Below are positions 13,847-27,412 of a stretch of 64,000 nucleotides of DNA, in pieces. This DNA is from Octopus vulgaris (Eukaryota): NCBI GenBank assembly GCA_951406725.2, contig OX597822.1:17174001-17238000 (forward strand). The letters run 5' to 3'. The position numbers and the translations under genes are program-made. Within the stretch, counting starts at the first letter, position 1. Each line of letters starts with the position of its first letter. Under the pieces are notes generated by a model. That model did no database searches. It was not told the origin of the DNA and saw only the letters and a list, made by a program, of their open reading frames with translations.

Positions 13847-15532
13847 CCATCTGTTCTAGCTGTTTGTGATCTGAGTTCAGATCCTGCCATAACCTACCTG
13901 GTTTGTCACTCAGTTTAATACCAATATCTGGCTTCTCGGATACCTTTTGTAGAAACTATCCTGCTGCAAGTACTTTGGCCAAGTCTCCAGTCTAAGGATA
14001 CCTATCTTCCTGTTAGTAGTTTTGGAGACCCTATAAAAAAGTCAAGGGCATTGCCTTCCATCCCGACTAAAACATGAGAAACAGAAAAAAAAGAAAAAAT
14101 TCTCAAAGAATTTTTTAATATCTTCAGAGAGAAATATTTTTAGTCCTAATTATTATCTTTTAATTTTAGCAAACATTATAACTTTTATATTTGCTTCTTT
14201 ATATGTCAGTCGAATAAATTTGCATGACAACCAACTCAGCAAAGTCTCCAAGACAAATTATAACTTTAACCTATGATATGCCTAAATTAAAATATAGAAA
14301 GCATTTTCTTTTCATAAGACATCATGTAACCATGGTCAGAAGACTCTTTCTAAATCAAGAAGAATCTGTGACTAGCAGCTTTAGAAAGTAGTGCTTATTT
14401 TCCAGATGGAGTCACTTGTGTAATGTGCAAGATCAAAATGTGACAAGTTCATTCTGGTTATTCTTAACAAAATGTCTTTGCTTTTGTTTGATTATGTCCA
14501 AGACAAGTGATGGCTCAAAAGATAGCTTAACGAACTGTTCTAAAGAGGATTAAACACTTATCAATATCTAAATAACTACAGTTTGTGAGAGACAAGAAAA
14601 ATTGCAACTGAAAAAGACGAGTAATTTTTCCCTTGACTAGTGGTCATGACAAAGAAGGCTATGTAATGGATGTCAATGAAAGAACAGAGGACAAACACTT
14701 CAGATAAGTTCGCATAGAGTTTTTTAAAGTTCAACATGGAAAGGAAGGTGAAGGTGAAAACAGAAATGCTACTTCTAGTAAAACTGTTACAAAGTCAGTT
14801 GAACATGGCACGAGTGAACATGGAAGTTGAACATGGCCAACATGGCACGAGTGAATGGAGGTTAAGATGAGATAGGAAGCTTACGCATGGTAGTCAGGAT
14901 AAAATTGGATCTGTTGGGGCAGTTGACTGGGTGCCCTTTGGTGGGCAAGCACCACAAAAAATAGGTTTTTTATAAAAACCAATTTGAAGTTAATTGAACA
15001 TTAAAGGGTTTGTTATACTCTACAGATTAAAAGGCTTTTGATGAGTTGACTAACTGAAAAAATGCCCAGAAAAGTAGTCAATCCTACATGGTTGCTGTCT
15101 TTGCAAACCTTATTGGTGTGTGCTTATTTCAAAAGTCCAGCCTTGTCACACTGTTACATTGATACTACTTGAAGAATTATGTTTTAGTACACATATCTTT
15201 GGAATACTCAGCTACTAATGAGGAGGACATCCAGTTGATTAAACATGTGAATGCTCAGATGCTGCTCTCATATTCCTCAATACTATATCCTCCACTCTTG
15301 TAAGCACTTGTTGACCTCACTAGTGCTGGTGCCATGGAAAAAAGCACCCAGTACACTCTGTGAAGTGGTTGGCATTAGGAAGGGCATCCAGCTGCAAAAT
15401 CCATGCCAGAGCAGATATTGGAGCTCAATGCAGACCTCTGGCTAGTCAGTTCCTATCAAACCATCCAACCTATTTACTTAATTTGTCAAATTCCTTTAGA
15501 GATATATTTTTATCAGTGGGAACACTTACATC

Positions 15533-15572
<40 letters not shown>

Positions 15573-17944
15573 TAGAGAACTTTATAAGTTACTTTAATAA
15601 GTGAATCCATGTGTTTATATTTGTTAAACAATACAGTTGTTCTAGAAAGTGGATTATGTTTTTTAGTGTTGCTACAGATACAAATCTACTTATGAAGCTA
15701 CAGACGAGAAAAATGAATTGATATTTATGAGCAAAATGAAAATTCAATCCAGTTTATTTTTACAGAGAAAGTAGCAGTGATCAATTTTAATGAGATAAAA
15801 CAAAATGCAATAATTTTTTTAAATCACCAAGAGAAAGAATGCTTGTCATGATATCCAAATAAAGATAAAAAGACTTAGATGAAATGATACTGGAAGTAGA
15901 AGACAACAGTTTCAACAATGCATTATTGCATAAAAAATGCATCCTCTAGAGAGTAGGCAAGATGTGAAAAGCAAAACTAAAAGACAAGAAAACAATGTTT
16001 TAGCACTTAACACTTAGATGGTTTTAAAGAGGACTGGTTCTAAATAAAATTTGAAACTGAAGTAAAAACAAAATGCCAAACAAAAAAAATTGAAATAAGC
16101 ATAATAATATCAAGAACAGAATGCATTAAGCAATGCAAGAAACAAGCATTTTAAACTGAAGTTTGCATGCTTACATGTAAAATAATAGTCATTATAGCAA
16201 CACTCCATTAATAGACTTTAATTTCAACTTCAAGAGATAAAGTGGTTGACTATGAATAAAATGGCAATATTTTTTCAGATTTAACATAAGGTATTTAGTG
16301 AACACCTGATAGATTAACATTTAATCAGACACTGGTTTTTTTTTTTTAAAGATCTATAATAATAAATAGTACAGAAACGAATATTTAAGGCTATATTGCC
16401 TGGTTTGATATTCTAAATTGCTATAGTTTTCTTTAAACTAGATTCTAAGAACTGATCGTTCTTTAAAATCAATCAAAACGAATTTAAGTTTCAAATAATT
16501 TTGACATTCAGAAAAGTTTTATGGCCTGTTCTTTCTTTCTATCCTACAATAAATAGGTAGAAATGGCTTGGAACCTTTGAATGGAAAACAGAAAAAGAAA
16601 AGAAAAACAACAATATTTTTTTTTAAATGTAATAGAATTGAAACACCATGCCATAAATTTATCCATCTTTCAAATGAATGACATTTGTTTTATGAATGTA
16701 GTCAAAGATTCCAATGATGAAAGGGGACACCATTATGAAAGATGAAAAGAGAACTTCATATTAGTATGGATTTAGATTTTGTTTCAAAAAAATAACTGAA
16801 ATTCAATATCCTCAAAACTGTTGCTTCTGAATGTTTTTGCTGATGATAATGCTAAGGGTATATTGCTTGTAGCAGAGATCAATAGTAAAAGTTAGTTCTT
16901 ATAGGAACACAGTGTGAATCTTGAAGTAGTGATAACACAAAGAGGAATACTGGTGCATTTCCCACCATTAAAAAATAACATTTGTATTTTGCTGTTGTAA
17001 AAACATTAGCAGATTTGTAGAAGCCACAAGGAGATATAGTGAATATTCTCCTAGATGCCGACATAATGGATATGGTTGTCAGCCAAAACATATAAAATAA
17101 GGGATTAACAGAGAGGTGAAGGTTGGGTTATCAGAACAGTTATATTGTGAAATAAAAAAATGGAAATTATTAAGAAAGAGAAGAAATAGAGTTGAAGAGA
17201 TTAGCAGTTTCTAGGAGACACTTCAGTCGATGGAGATGCATTGTAACAAAAAGACTAGTTTAGAAATAACCAATAAGCAGCATAATTAAACCAGGAGATT
17301 TTCATACAACACTATTTAAAAAGGCTTACACTTTCATAGGCCTAGAAACCATTAATGTGTAATGAAGAAATAGATTTGAATACTGGTAGCAATTGAGAAA
17401 GTCATAAATACATGCAATAGTCAAAATAATTTCTATAGGAGACGTCTAGCAGAAAACGAGATGACTCTATTTTAATAACGACTCTCTTATTATTGCTGTT
17501 GGTGTTGTTATTGCAGGGAGTGGATTGGTAGTCATTAGAGTTCCAGAACAAATGACACTAAAGGTGATTTTTCCAGCTCATTACATTCTAAGATCAAATC
17601 CTAAGAAGGTCAACATTGCTTTCATTCTTTTGGAGTTGATAAAATGAAGTTCTGTGGTCAATGGAATGAACTAGACAATTCTTCTTTTAAAAATGGTCAG
17701 CACTGTGCCTAAATCATCATCATCATTATTATTAATGTTGCCAGCTGGCAGAACTGTAAACACACTCATCAAAATGTTTAACAGCAGTTTTCCAGGCTCT
17801 TCACTTACTCAGTTTTAATACTGTCAAGGTCAACTTTGCTTTTTGTCCTTTCAGGGTCAATGAAATAAAGTACCAGTCAAGTACTGGGGTTGCTGTAATC
17901 AGCCTGCTCTATACACCTCAAAACTGTTGGTCTTGTGCCACAAA

Positions 17945-18255
17945 CTTTCTTTAGAAGCTCTACAGGACATTCCATTTCAATCTTTTTTATCCATTTATCT
18001 ACTTCATTACTCATAGCCCCGAATGGACCAATTATTACAGGTAAAAATCTTTACAGATTTCATATTCCAAATACTCCAATCTCAAATTTTAAGGGAATGT
18101 CATTTTTTCAACTTTACACCTGCTTTCTTGACAATCCTAATATCAAATGGACATGATGGATCAATATGCAAATTCAATTTTCCCTGTCTGTTACTGTAAA
18201 ACCTTGCTTGTTGTGTTCTATATTCTTATCCATCGAAAGAGGAAAATCCCATGCA
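17945..18255 (-). mobile_element. Degraded R4/Dong-like RLE fragment
   Basis: Minus-strand pieces WDF...DKNIEHNK, SCPFD, PLKFEIG and PVIIGPFGAM...WIKKIEMECPVELL. Confidence 0.62.
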
Positions 18256-18486
18256 TGTTTAGCAGTAGAATTATTGCTGATAAAGAATGGTGATATATCA
18301 GAAAGAGTAGAATGATGAATCAAATGACACCATACAGCATTTAGTGTCTCTTCTCTCTTTCCATTCTCTGTTTCTGTGCAACCAAAGTTGACTTTGCATT
18401 TCCTCTCAATGAATCCAATAAAGTAATTTCCACTGAAGCACTAGTCTTGCATCAACCGATTATATCTCTCCACTCTACCAAGAATA

Positions 18487-19280
18487 CGATATGAGTTCAA
18501 AAAGTATCTGACTTTATTTTTGTTCTTGCCTAAACTAATACCGCATGGGTAAAATCCTTTGGGTGGGAAGTGACACCATACTTCCTGCACACATGTGAAA
18601 ATTTTTGTACCAGTAGGACACATCAGTTCCTGGCTGTTGTACCTAGAATACAGACATGCTGTGCACACTTGTCAGATTTTCGTTTCTACCAAACACTTCA
18701 TGCAAAGGTACTGCGTCAAGTTTTGCCAAAAGTTTGATATACTCAAGCTCAAACCATCCAGAAAATTCAGCAGGCTTTGGACAATGATGCCATGGGCAAA
18801 ACTCAAATCAAGGATTGGTACAATTGCTTCAAACATAGCTGCATCTCAGTGGAGAATGAGGCAGGCCATCAACAAACCGAAACAAGGAGCTGATTAAGAA
18901 GGTTCGGCAAATAATCATGGAAGACTGTTGTGTAACAATCCCAGAAATTGATCACAAAGTGGAAATAAGAACAGGATAAGTAAATTCCAATTTAATGGAG
19001 GATTTGTGCTTGCAGAGTGTGTCAGCAAAATTTGCCCCCAAGATACTGGCAGAGCAACAGAAGCAACTCCACATGGAAATCATTCAGGACATGCTGGACT
19101 GTGCAAACCACAACCCAGAATTGTCAGAGCATTGCACTACACGTTTGTATTCTAGGGATAACAACTGGGCCTACTGGCATGAAAATTTTCATACATGTGC
19201 TTGAAGGATAGCGTCACCTCTCATCTAAAGGATTTTGACCACGTGGCATTAGTTTTGGTGGGAAAAAATACAAAAAGTCT
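18487..19280 (+). mobile_element. Internally deleted Tc1/mariner (mariner-type) DNA transposon with long inverted termini
   Basis: A TA precedes the left end. ~18500-18665 is an imperfect inverted copy of ~19125-19280 (e.g. gaaaatttttgtaccagtagg vs cctactggcatgaaaattttc). A frameshifted transposase N-terminus reads QRYCVKFCQK...KDWYNCFK...KVRQIIMED...VSAKFAPKIL (HTH region and WVPxxL-like motif). No catalytic DDD domain. Confidence 0.82.
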
Positions 19281-19773
19281 GTATCACAATGATACATCAT
19301 GTCCGCCTTCTTCCTACATCAACAAAAGAAAGGATGTGTGTGTGTGTATGTGTGTTTGTATGTATTGTATTGATATATTACAACTACTTGCTGTAAATGT
19401 CTATTTTATGATGCAATATTGCATTGTAAAAACTCTGTAATTGCAATTTTTATGACTGTTATCCATGTGATGACAAACTGCTGCTGCTACTGCTATTGCT
19501 ACTACTACTACTACTAGTGTTGCTGTTGTTACCATTTCAGAGACAGTGTTAAGCTTATGGGAGGATACAAGTGCAAGTTACATGGGCCAACCACAAGTCA
19601 CCATATTTGGTGGTATATAAGACACATCATACCAAAAAGAGAAAAAGCCAAATCTCAAGCCCCAGTCTTGTTTGCATAGATGAACTCAGCCAGTCAACTA
19701 ATGTTTCCCCTTAATGCCATAAACTACCACTACTTCTAATCTGACCAGTTGCCTATCATAATACTGTAATTTT

Positions 19774-19805
<32 letters not shown>

Positions 19806-21847
19806 CATCCCCACCACCACCACCACCACCATTATCATTAGGATTGCATGAATTAAAAAAAATGGAATTATAATGAAAACTAAAGCTCCATGTCAAACAT
19901 CTCCACCCAGCAATCAACTCCTCAAAAGCTTGTATCTGTAATGCTACCCATTTCTGTGGAACCTGCTGCATATTTTATAAGTTTACATGGAGACACCTTG
20001 TCAGATCAGATTGGAGCCGGGTGCAGCCCACTGACTTGCCAGTCCTCAGTCAAACCGTCCAGCCCATGCCAGTATGGAAAGCGGACCTTAAACGATGATG
20101 ATGATGATGGAGATGTCATGCTTTGAAAGAAACCTGAAATTAAAGTGATAAAATGGATCATCAGTATTGTTGTAAGGTTCAGTAAGCATCATCATCATCA
20201 TCATCATCATTATTCTTCATTGCTCACTGAACATAACATATGTGTTTGGTGTTTATCAACAACAGAATCACTAACTCATGCCGATGGAGGTGGATCATTT
20301 TACTGACTGACCAGAGGAAAGCATTTGAATTACATATTAAGAAGCATGGCAATAGAACAGCAGCAGGAGATTTTAGGGGCCCCAGCTGCAGCAAATATGA
20401 TAAGAGACTGGAGAAAGCAAGGATAACAGTTACAGATGGAGATGGGTGAATGTAATCTTTGCTCTCTAGCCTCACATTTGCCAGAATTTTAGGATGAGTT
20501 ATAAAAACTACATCATAAACATGAAGAATGTTGGAAAATGCATTTCTACAAAACTGATAATTAACGACTCCAAGACATTACGAGAAGTACAATTTAATTT
20601 GCAAGAAAAGAAGGTCGATGTTGGGAGATTCGTGAAAAAGAAGGGTTTATCAATACATACAAAAACATTCATTGCTTAGAAAATACCAACAATTTTAAGA
20701 AAGTAAAATATTAGAATTTATAAAATGTATGGTAAATGCCTGAAAAGAAACTTGGTTTGAACTGGGTGAAATAAATGAAATAGAATGTGTTTGAAATTAA
20801 GACTTTTATGACGTTTTCCTACACTATTCATGTACTGGATTTTATTTCCACTGCAGATAATCGTTCTTGTCTCATTGCCTGATTCTCTGTTTGGTTAATG
20901 TGTTGCTATAAAATGTTTTCTGTTATAACTAAGCTGCTTCTGTTTATGATGTTTTTCATATAAGGTTATATCAGTGTTCTTATTAGAAAGATTTTTTTTC
21001 TTGCTGCTCTAGTTGCATGTTTTAGTCCATATCTTATTTCTTTTTTCTGCCAAACTAAATCATTTCAATAAACATTAAATACTTAAATACACTAAAAATT
21101 CTTTTTAATATCATTCTCTGCTGGAAACACAGGAGGAGGAGGAGGTCTTCCATGCCTGTGAGACTTATATGACATCCAATGTTGTAAGTAGTTTATTTCA
21201 CTCAGTCACTGTGTCACACAATACACTAATGACTATAATCAATATAATTGCACTGATGAACTCATCTTAAAATGTTTCATCAGAAAACAACAGGCGGCAA
21301 GGAACATGCAGAATCTCATATTGAATTAATAATTCACAAGAAAACAAAAGTGCTGACAGAAATCAACTGACAAAGTAAAAATTAAAAGAAAAATTCTCTT
21401 TAAGCAAATTGTTCACAGGACCACAGTTGATTGAACAATACTGTGCAAGTTATGCGGCTGTCTGTATGCATACATCCCTATTTATCAATATACATCTACA
21501 CACACACACACACACAGATACATAGAGATATATAATTTCATAAAAATGTTGTTGTATGTAATAATGGTTGAATGTGCAACAGTTTCTTTGAAAACTAAAG
21601 AGATTAAAGGAAAATGTAAAAGACTGGCAGGTTGATTTAATTTCAATGCTAAATACCAAATTGCTTGATGTCAACAAGAAGAGATTAGAATATATATCAC
21701 AGCTTCCCTTTAAGTGTGTATCTGAGCATGAAGAACAGAAGAGAATCCCAGAGAAGAAAATCCTTACATTCTGTTTAGCAAATCATTACATGGTGTTCTT
21801 TCCTTTGACTACAAACAATACAGAGTTAATTCAAAAATTTGTGAGAC

Positions 21848-21878
<31 letters not shown>

Positions 21879-22808
21879 AGAACCTGTCTCAATTTAACAC
21901 AAACATTTAATTAAAATTATGCCTGACCAATGATAAAACTCTTCTATTTTGCTGAAACCAAATTTCTTTCACATCGTATTTTATTATTTTTGAAAATACA
22001 CTAGAAGCATTATGCCTATGAAAAGAAAGGGGTAGTTTTTCATCAAAAAACTTATTTGATCAAAGCTGACCCAAGCTTAAACAACAATCAAACCTCTTTA
22101 GATAATCCAAATTATTCTCATACAATTTTGAAAAGTTTCAAAATATATATTTTTTACAATCTCTGATTAGTGGATTAGTATCAATTTCAAAGAAGGGCAG
22201 AAATTGCATAAATTTTACAAGTTCAATGCTTGCTCCCATTATCAATTATTAAAAAATGCAAATGCTTTATAGCATCAAAGAGCATATACGAATGACTGAA
22301 TGGTCCCAATATTTCAAGAATGATAAAGCAGATTACTGATACATCTTCCACAAAGTAGGACCTTAATCTATCACAGGGAATATCTGCAGATGGCTTGGCA
22401 ATGTAAGGCAAGAAGTTTGCCTTGAAACACTGCAAAACAAAATGAGCATCATATTTGAACTGATTCTATATGAGCAAGTAGTCAAATGCCAGATCCACTC
22501 GCTCATCTCACTTCTATATTTTAGAAGGAGGAATGAGTTTTTATGGTGGAAAATCTGGGGGTTTCATAAAATAGGTTTACTAATGTATTCATTTAAGGAC
22601 AATCTGATCTTCAATATAATGGAACCCTATTTCTTGCAGCTAAAAGCAGTAATATTCTTTATCCTTTATAAAATGTGACCCCTTGAATACAAACATAATT
22701 ATTTATATTTTTGAGAATCCAACATAACATCACAGGAAATTTATATGACTTACAGTTTAATGTGTTGCTTTGTAACATATCACTTTTGTACATCCATACA
22801 TTTATTAT

Positions 22809-23175
22809 GGATGGATGGAAGCACTCCGTTGGTTACGACGATGAGGGTTCCGGTTGATCCGATCAACGGAACAGCCTGCTCGTGAAATTAACGTGTAAGT
22901 GGCTGAGCACTCCACAGACACGTGTACCCTTAACGTAGTTCTCGGGGATATTCAGCGTGACACAGAGAGTGACAAGGCCGGCCCTTTGAAATACAGGTAC
23001 AACAGAAACAGGAAGTAAGAGTGAGAGAAAGAGTACAGCAGGGATCACCACCATCCCCTGCCGGAGCCTTGTGGAGCTTTAGGTGTTTTCGCTCAATAAA
23101 CACTCACAACACCCAGTCTGGGAATCGAAACCGTGATCTTATGACCACGAGTTCGCTGCCCTAACCACTGGGCCA
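22809..23175 (-). mobile_element. Young tRNA-derived SINE with a (TCCA)n tail and an 11-bp target-site duplication
   Basis: The minus strand begins tggcccagtggttagggcagc (A box) then ggtttcgattccc (B box). CpG-rich. Direct repeat acatttattat at 22798-22808 and 23176-23186. A decayed 3' half lies at ~15115-15260(+). Confidence 0.85.
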
Positions 23176-25331
23176 ACATTTATTATAAGGGTATATACTA
23201 AAGACTTTATAACTAGTGTATGTCAGTAACATGAATTTCACATTTTAAACTGTGACCTTTAAAATAAAATATTCACTTCTAAACAGTACAGTGATTAGCT
23301 ATATACCACACTGAAGGTAACAGAATAAGCAAGTGCCATTGGATGTATTCATTAAGCATAATGTTTTAGATCTATTGGCAAATGAAGGGTTTTACAGGAG
23401 TTCTTGGGATATAAAGATACTGTGAAGCTACCACCTTCATTATCTTTGGTTTTCAGAAAACCTTTTAAGCCTGCCACTGCCATAATATGCACCCAGCACA
23501 CTTTGTGTCTAGGGAGTGATTAAAAGAGAAAGAAAGAAGACTTGAACTGCAATGACATTCCTGACCAATATATGTTTTAAATATTCATATTTATACATCA
23601 CCATCATCATTTAACATCTATCTTCCATGCTGACATAGAGCTGTTAAACCAGAGAACTATGCCACTGGTCTACAAATGCTGAAGAGCCTGCTGTGGAAAA
23701 TAAACAAATGTTACCACTATCAAAGTGATGACAAACATGCATATAGACATATATATATAGCTGAAGAATGTCTGCAGTACACTCTGTAAAGTGATTAGCA
23801 TGAGGAAGTACATCCACTGTAGAAACGATGCCAAAGCAGATGCGGGAGCTTGGCACAGTTCTCTGGTATCTCGGTTCTTATTGACTTGTCCAACCCATGC
23901 CAACATAGCAAAAAGGATGCTAAGAGATGATGATGATAATGATGATACATATGTGTGCATATGTATGTATATTGGTTTCAAATTTTAGCACAATGCCAGC
24001 AATATCAAGGATGGGGATAAGTTGATTACATCAACCCCACTGTTCAACTGGTACCAATTTTATTGACCTCAAGTGAATGAAGGGTAAAGTCAACCTTGGT
24101 GGAATCTGAACTCAGAATATAAAGATGGTCAAAATGCTGCCTGGCAGAGTTATGATTCTGTCACCATGCCACCTTATTTACATATGTATATTACACACAC
24201 ACACAAACACATTTATAACATTTATATGCATGATGGGCTACTGTATAAATTCTTTGAACCAAAATTCTCTCAAAAAAGCATTTGTCAATCAGAGATTATA
24301 GTATAAAGACACTAGAGTAGGTGCTTTGGAAAGGGATTGAACCAGAAATCATGTGGTTATGAACTGAACTTCATTATACAGAAAATGAAATCACAAAAGA
24401 TCAAATATGTATATTGCTTATATAAAACACCATCACCTTAATGTCTACTCCCATGAATCAGATTTTCTACAGCCAGGCACCCTTCATGTCACCAGCTTCA
24501 AGTCTCAAGGCAATATTGATGCTAAACCTTCAAACATGAACAACTCAATAGCCAGACATGTTTTTGCAGAAGATTGAATGAATAGCAATGTTTGTGTGAT
24601 GGTGGTATTTATCAAAAAATACTGTGTGATATCACGATAAAGAAACCCAAACACGCACACGTGCGCACACACTGGACTTTTTCCAGTTTCAATCTTCCGA
24701 ATCTACTCACAAGGCTTTGGTTCAGTGCTATAATAGAAAATACTTGTCAAAGGTGTTGCACAGAAAAACCAAACTCCAAATCACATTGGTTGAGAAAGAC
24801 TGTTTCATTACATCAGCCTTTGTTCATGTGTGTGTGTGTGCATGTAGTTGTGTATGGATGTGTGTGGTATTTGTGTTCATGTCTTTGTGTGTGTGTGCGT
24901 GTAAAAAAATTTTGCACATTTAAATAAGCTGGAAAAGCCTAATAACTTCTTTTCTGAATATTGATAATTTTCTTGTTACAAGGTTAAGCAGGTCAGCTGA
25001 CTATGTAGAGGTTTTTTGCACTAACATGTTTCACACTTAACTAAACTGTAGGAAGCACAGTCATGTGTTTAATAGTAGAACAAGTTTAGGCTCACTGGAC
25101 TGAGGAAAACAGTACAGAGATAGTAAGTAGAATAATATGCTGAGAACAGAATACACAATAGTTTTATATTTTTTAACCAGAACAAAGCAGGTTGTTGTTT
25201 TTTTTTATTATACATTCACAATGAATATTTTCAATATATACATAATATTAATTTTTAATGCTGTGCAGAGGTAACCTTTAAAAACAAATACAAGTGTTAT
25301 GATAAAATAGCATAGATTCACATGTACTTAC

Positions 25332-25637
25332 GTTGCAACTCCTAAAGGCCACTGATAGAAATTTTGATCATCAATATCTGGACTGTCATAGACCAAGAAG
25401 ACAAACTTAACAGGTCCACCACGGAGCTGCATGTAAGATTTAATCCATTCATTATTACATTGTTCATTGCCCAATAAAATCACAGCCACATTTTTTAAAT
25501 TTGTTAACGTTGGAAGGAAATCAAGCCATAACTTGGCAAAATCTATTTTGGAGGGTTCACGTCCATTTAAGACAAGTATCACATTTTCAGTACTTTTTGG
25601 GACTTTACTTGGAATCACTCCTGGACCAGTTCGGAAT
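25332..25637 (-). CDS. RXYLT1: Internal coding exon of a ribitol-5-phosphate xylosyltransferase 1 (RXYLT1/TMEM5) orthologue
   Basis: The translation FRTGPGVIP...NVILVLNGREPSKIDFAKLWL...VAVILLGNEQCNNEWI...GGPVKFVFLVYDSP...FYQWPLGVAT matches vertebrate TMEM5 motifs as I recall them (TGPAVIP, VVLILNGREKAKI, AVVLLGNEHCDNEWI, IYDSPW, FQWPLGVAT). Minus-strand acceptor tttgtttcttttgcag|A at 25637 and donor AC|gtaagt at 25332. Length 306 nt, phase 2 at both ends. Confidence 0.92.
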
Positions 25638-26526
25638 CTGCAAAAGAAACAAAAGAAAACAAAATTTATACTTTTTGATAGCATTTTACTGATACATTCA
25701 TAGATTACATCATAGCAGAAATCCACTGTCTTCAGGTGAAATTTTAAAAAATATAAACAGGAGAGGTAAAACCTAGAAAGATGACCCATACAACAACTAA
25801 CACAAAGAACATTCAAATTTATCGAAAAAAAAAATGGGAAAAGCCAAGGGACATTCTAAGAGCAATGAGGTCTAAGCAATGCTACTGTTCAAGCTGTTAT
25901 CTCAATTAGTTTATAGTCATGATACCTGCTGTGAAAACTAACAGGGAACAAGCAGGCCAAGCTGAAAAAATCTGCAAAAAACAATGAGATAAGACCTCAG
26001 GCTTTTGGGGTAGAACGACATAAACTGTTGCCATTATTTGACGCTTGAATACACAGGTATGTATAGGTATATATACTCATTTATTCCTGCAGATATTAAC
26101 TTCCAGACTATGACTTTTTTTTTTGTAACACATGACTCCTGTATACATAACAATAATTCTTCACCTTTATGTCAACAAAAAGGAGTTGCTGGGACGACTG
26201 CCTGTTAGAAATATTCAATTGTTAACTTCCACAAAATTCAAAACAGCACAATAACATGAATGAATGCATAATTCACAACAACAACAACAACAGCTTCATC
26301 TTCAATCACCAGGCTCGAAATTAGGAATCATTATGATGCTTAATTTCCATTCAAATTTGGATTGGATGAGACTATTATGAGGAAGTGTTTGACCACCACA
26401 CGCACTTCCTGATAGCAACACGTTCAGTTACTTTTCATGATATGCAGAGATTTGGTGCCACCACAATATATATAGACACACACAGACACAAAAGTTCATG
26501 GAGGAGTTTTGATAAGTTCAATTGCT

Positions 26527-26566
<40 letters not shown>

Positions 26567-27201
26567 TGTGTGTGTGTGTGTGTATGTGTGCTTACATTTT
26601 AAAAGTTAAGTCGTGACCTTTTGCAAATTGTTGTCAATAGTTGCAAAAGTGATCTATTTTGTTTTTGTTTTTATAACAATAAATACAGTAATACAAGTTA
26701 GTTTCTATGACAATTTTACAATGAGGCAGTCATTATCTGACGTATTGCATAATGTGTTGCGATGTATTTTATGCTTTCAAAAATAAAATAATAAGCCAGT
26801 CTATTTTAGATGTAATTACTGAAAGAACTTCAGAAACTAAATCTCCCCACAAGAAAAATTTTTCCACATACAAACAGAGCAACATTATGATTTAAATAAA
26901 GAAAAATAAACATTTTCTCCATTCAAGCAAGTATTTAATCGTAATTGTTTTTAAAGGAACACTAATTGGTGAATTACTTTGTGAATTGCAAATCTAATAA
27001 GAAATAACTTCTGAGTCTTCTTCGTCAGATATCATCTCCATGGTAAAAATATATTCTTGCAAAGCAGAAGACAGATACTGAGATCTGGTTAAGAATTATA
27101 CATGACATGTCATTATAATCATGCATGGATGGATAGATGGATTGATGTGTGCATGTGCATGCACACATACATGTGTGTGTATATATATGCATATATGTGT
27201 G

Positions 27202-27232
<31 letters not shown>

Positions 27233-27412
27233 CATCATCGTTTAATGCCTGCCTTCCATGCTAGCATGGGTATATATATGTATATATATATATATACATG
27301 GGTATATATATGTATATATATATATATCTATAGTTAATCCAAACATGAAAACGCAACAATGCGAGGATGTGGAACAAGTATAGTATTATTGGACGCTATA
27401 TATATATACACA

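Noticed and set aside
22363-22429. Minus-strand acceptor ttttgttttgcag that could follow the RXYLT1 exon
   Set aside because: In the required phase it gives VSRQTSCLTLPSHLQIFPVID then a stop, with no similarity to the expected YRNFP segment. It cannot be supported without transcripts.
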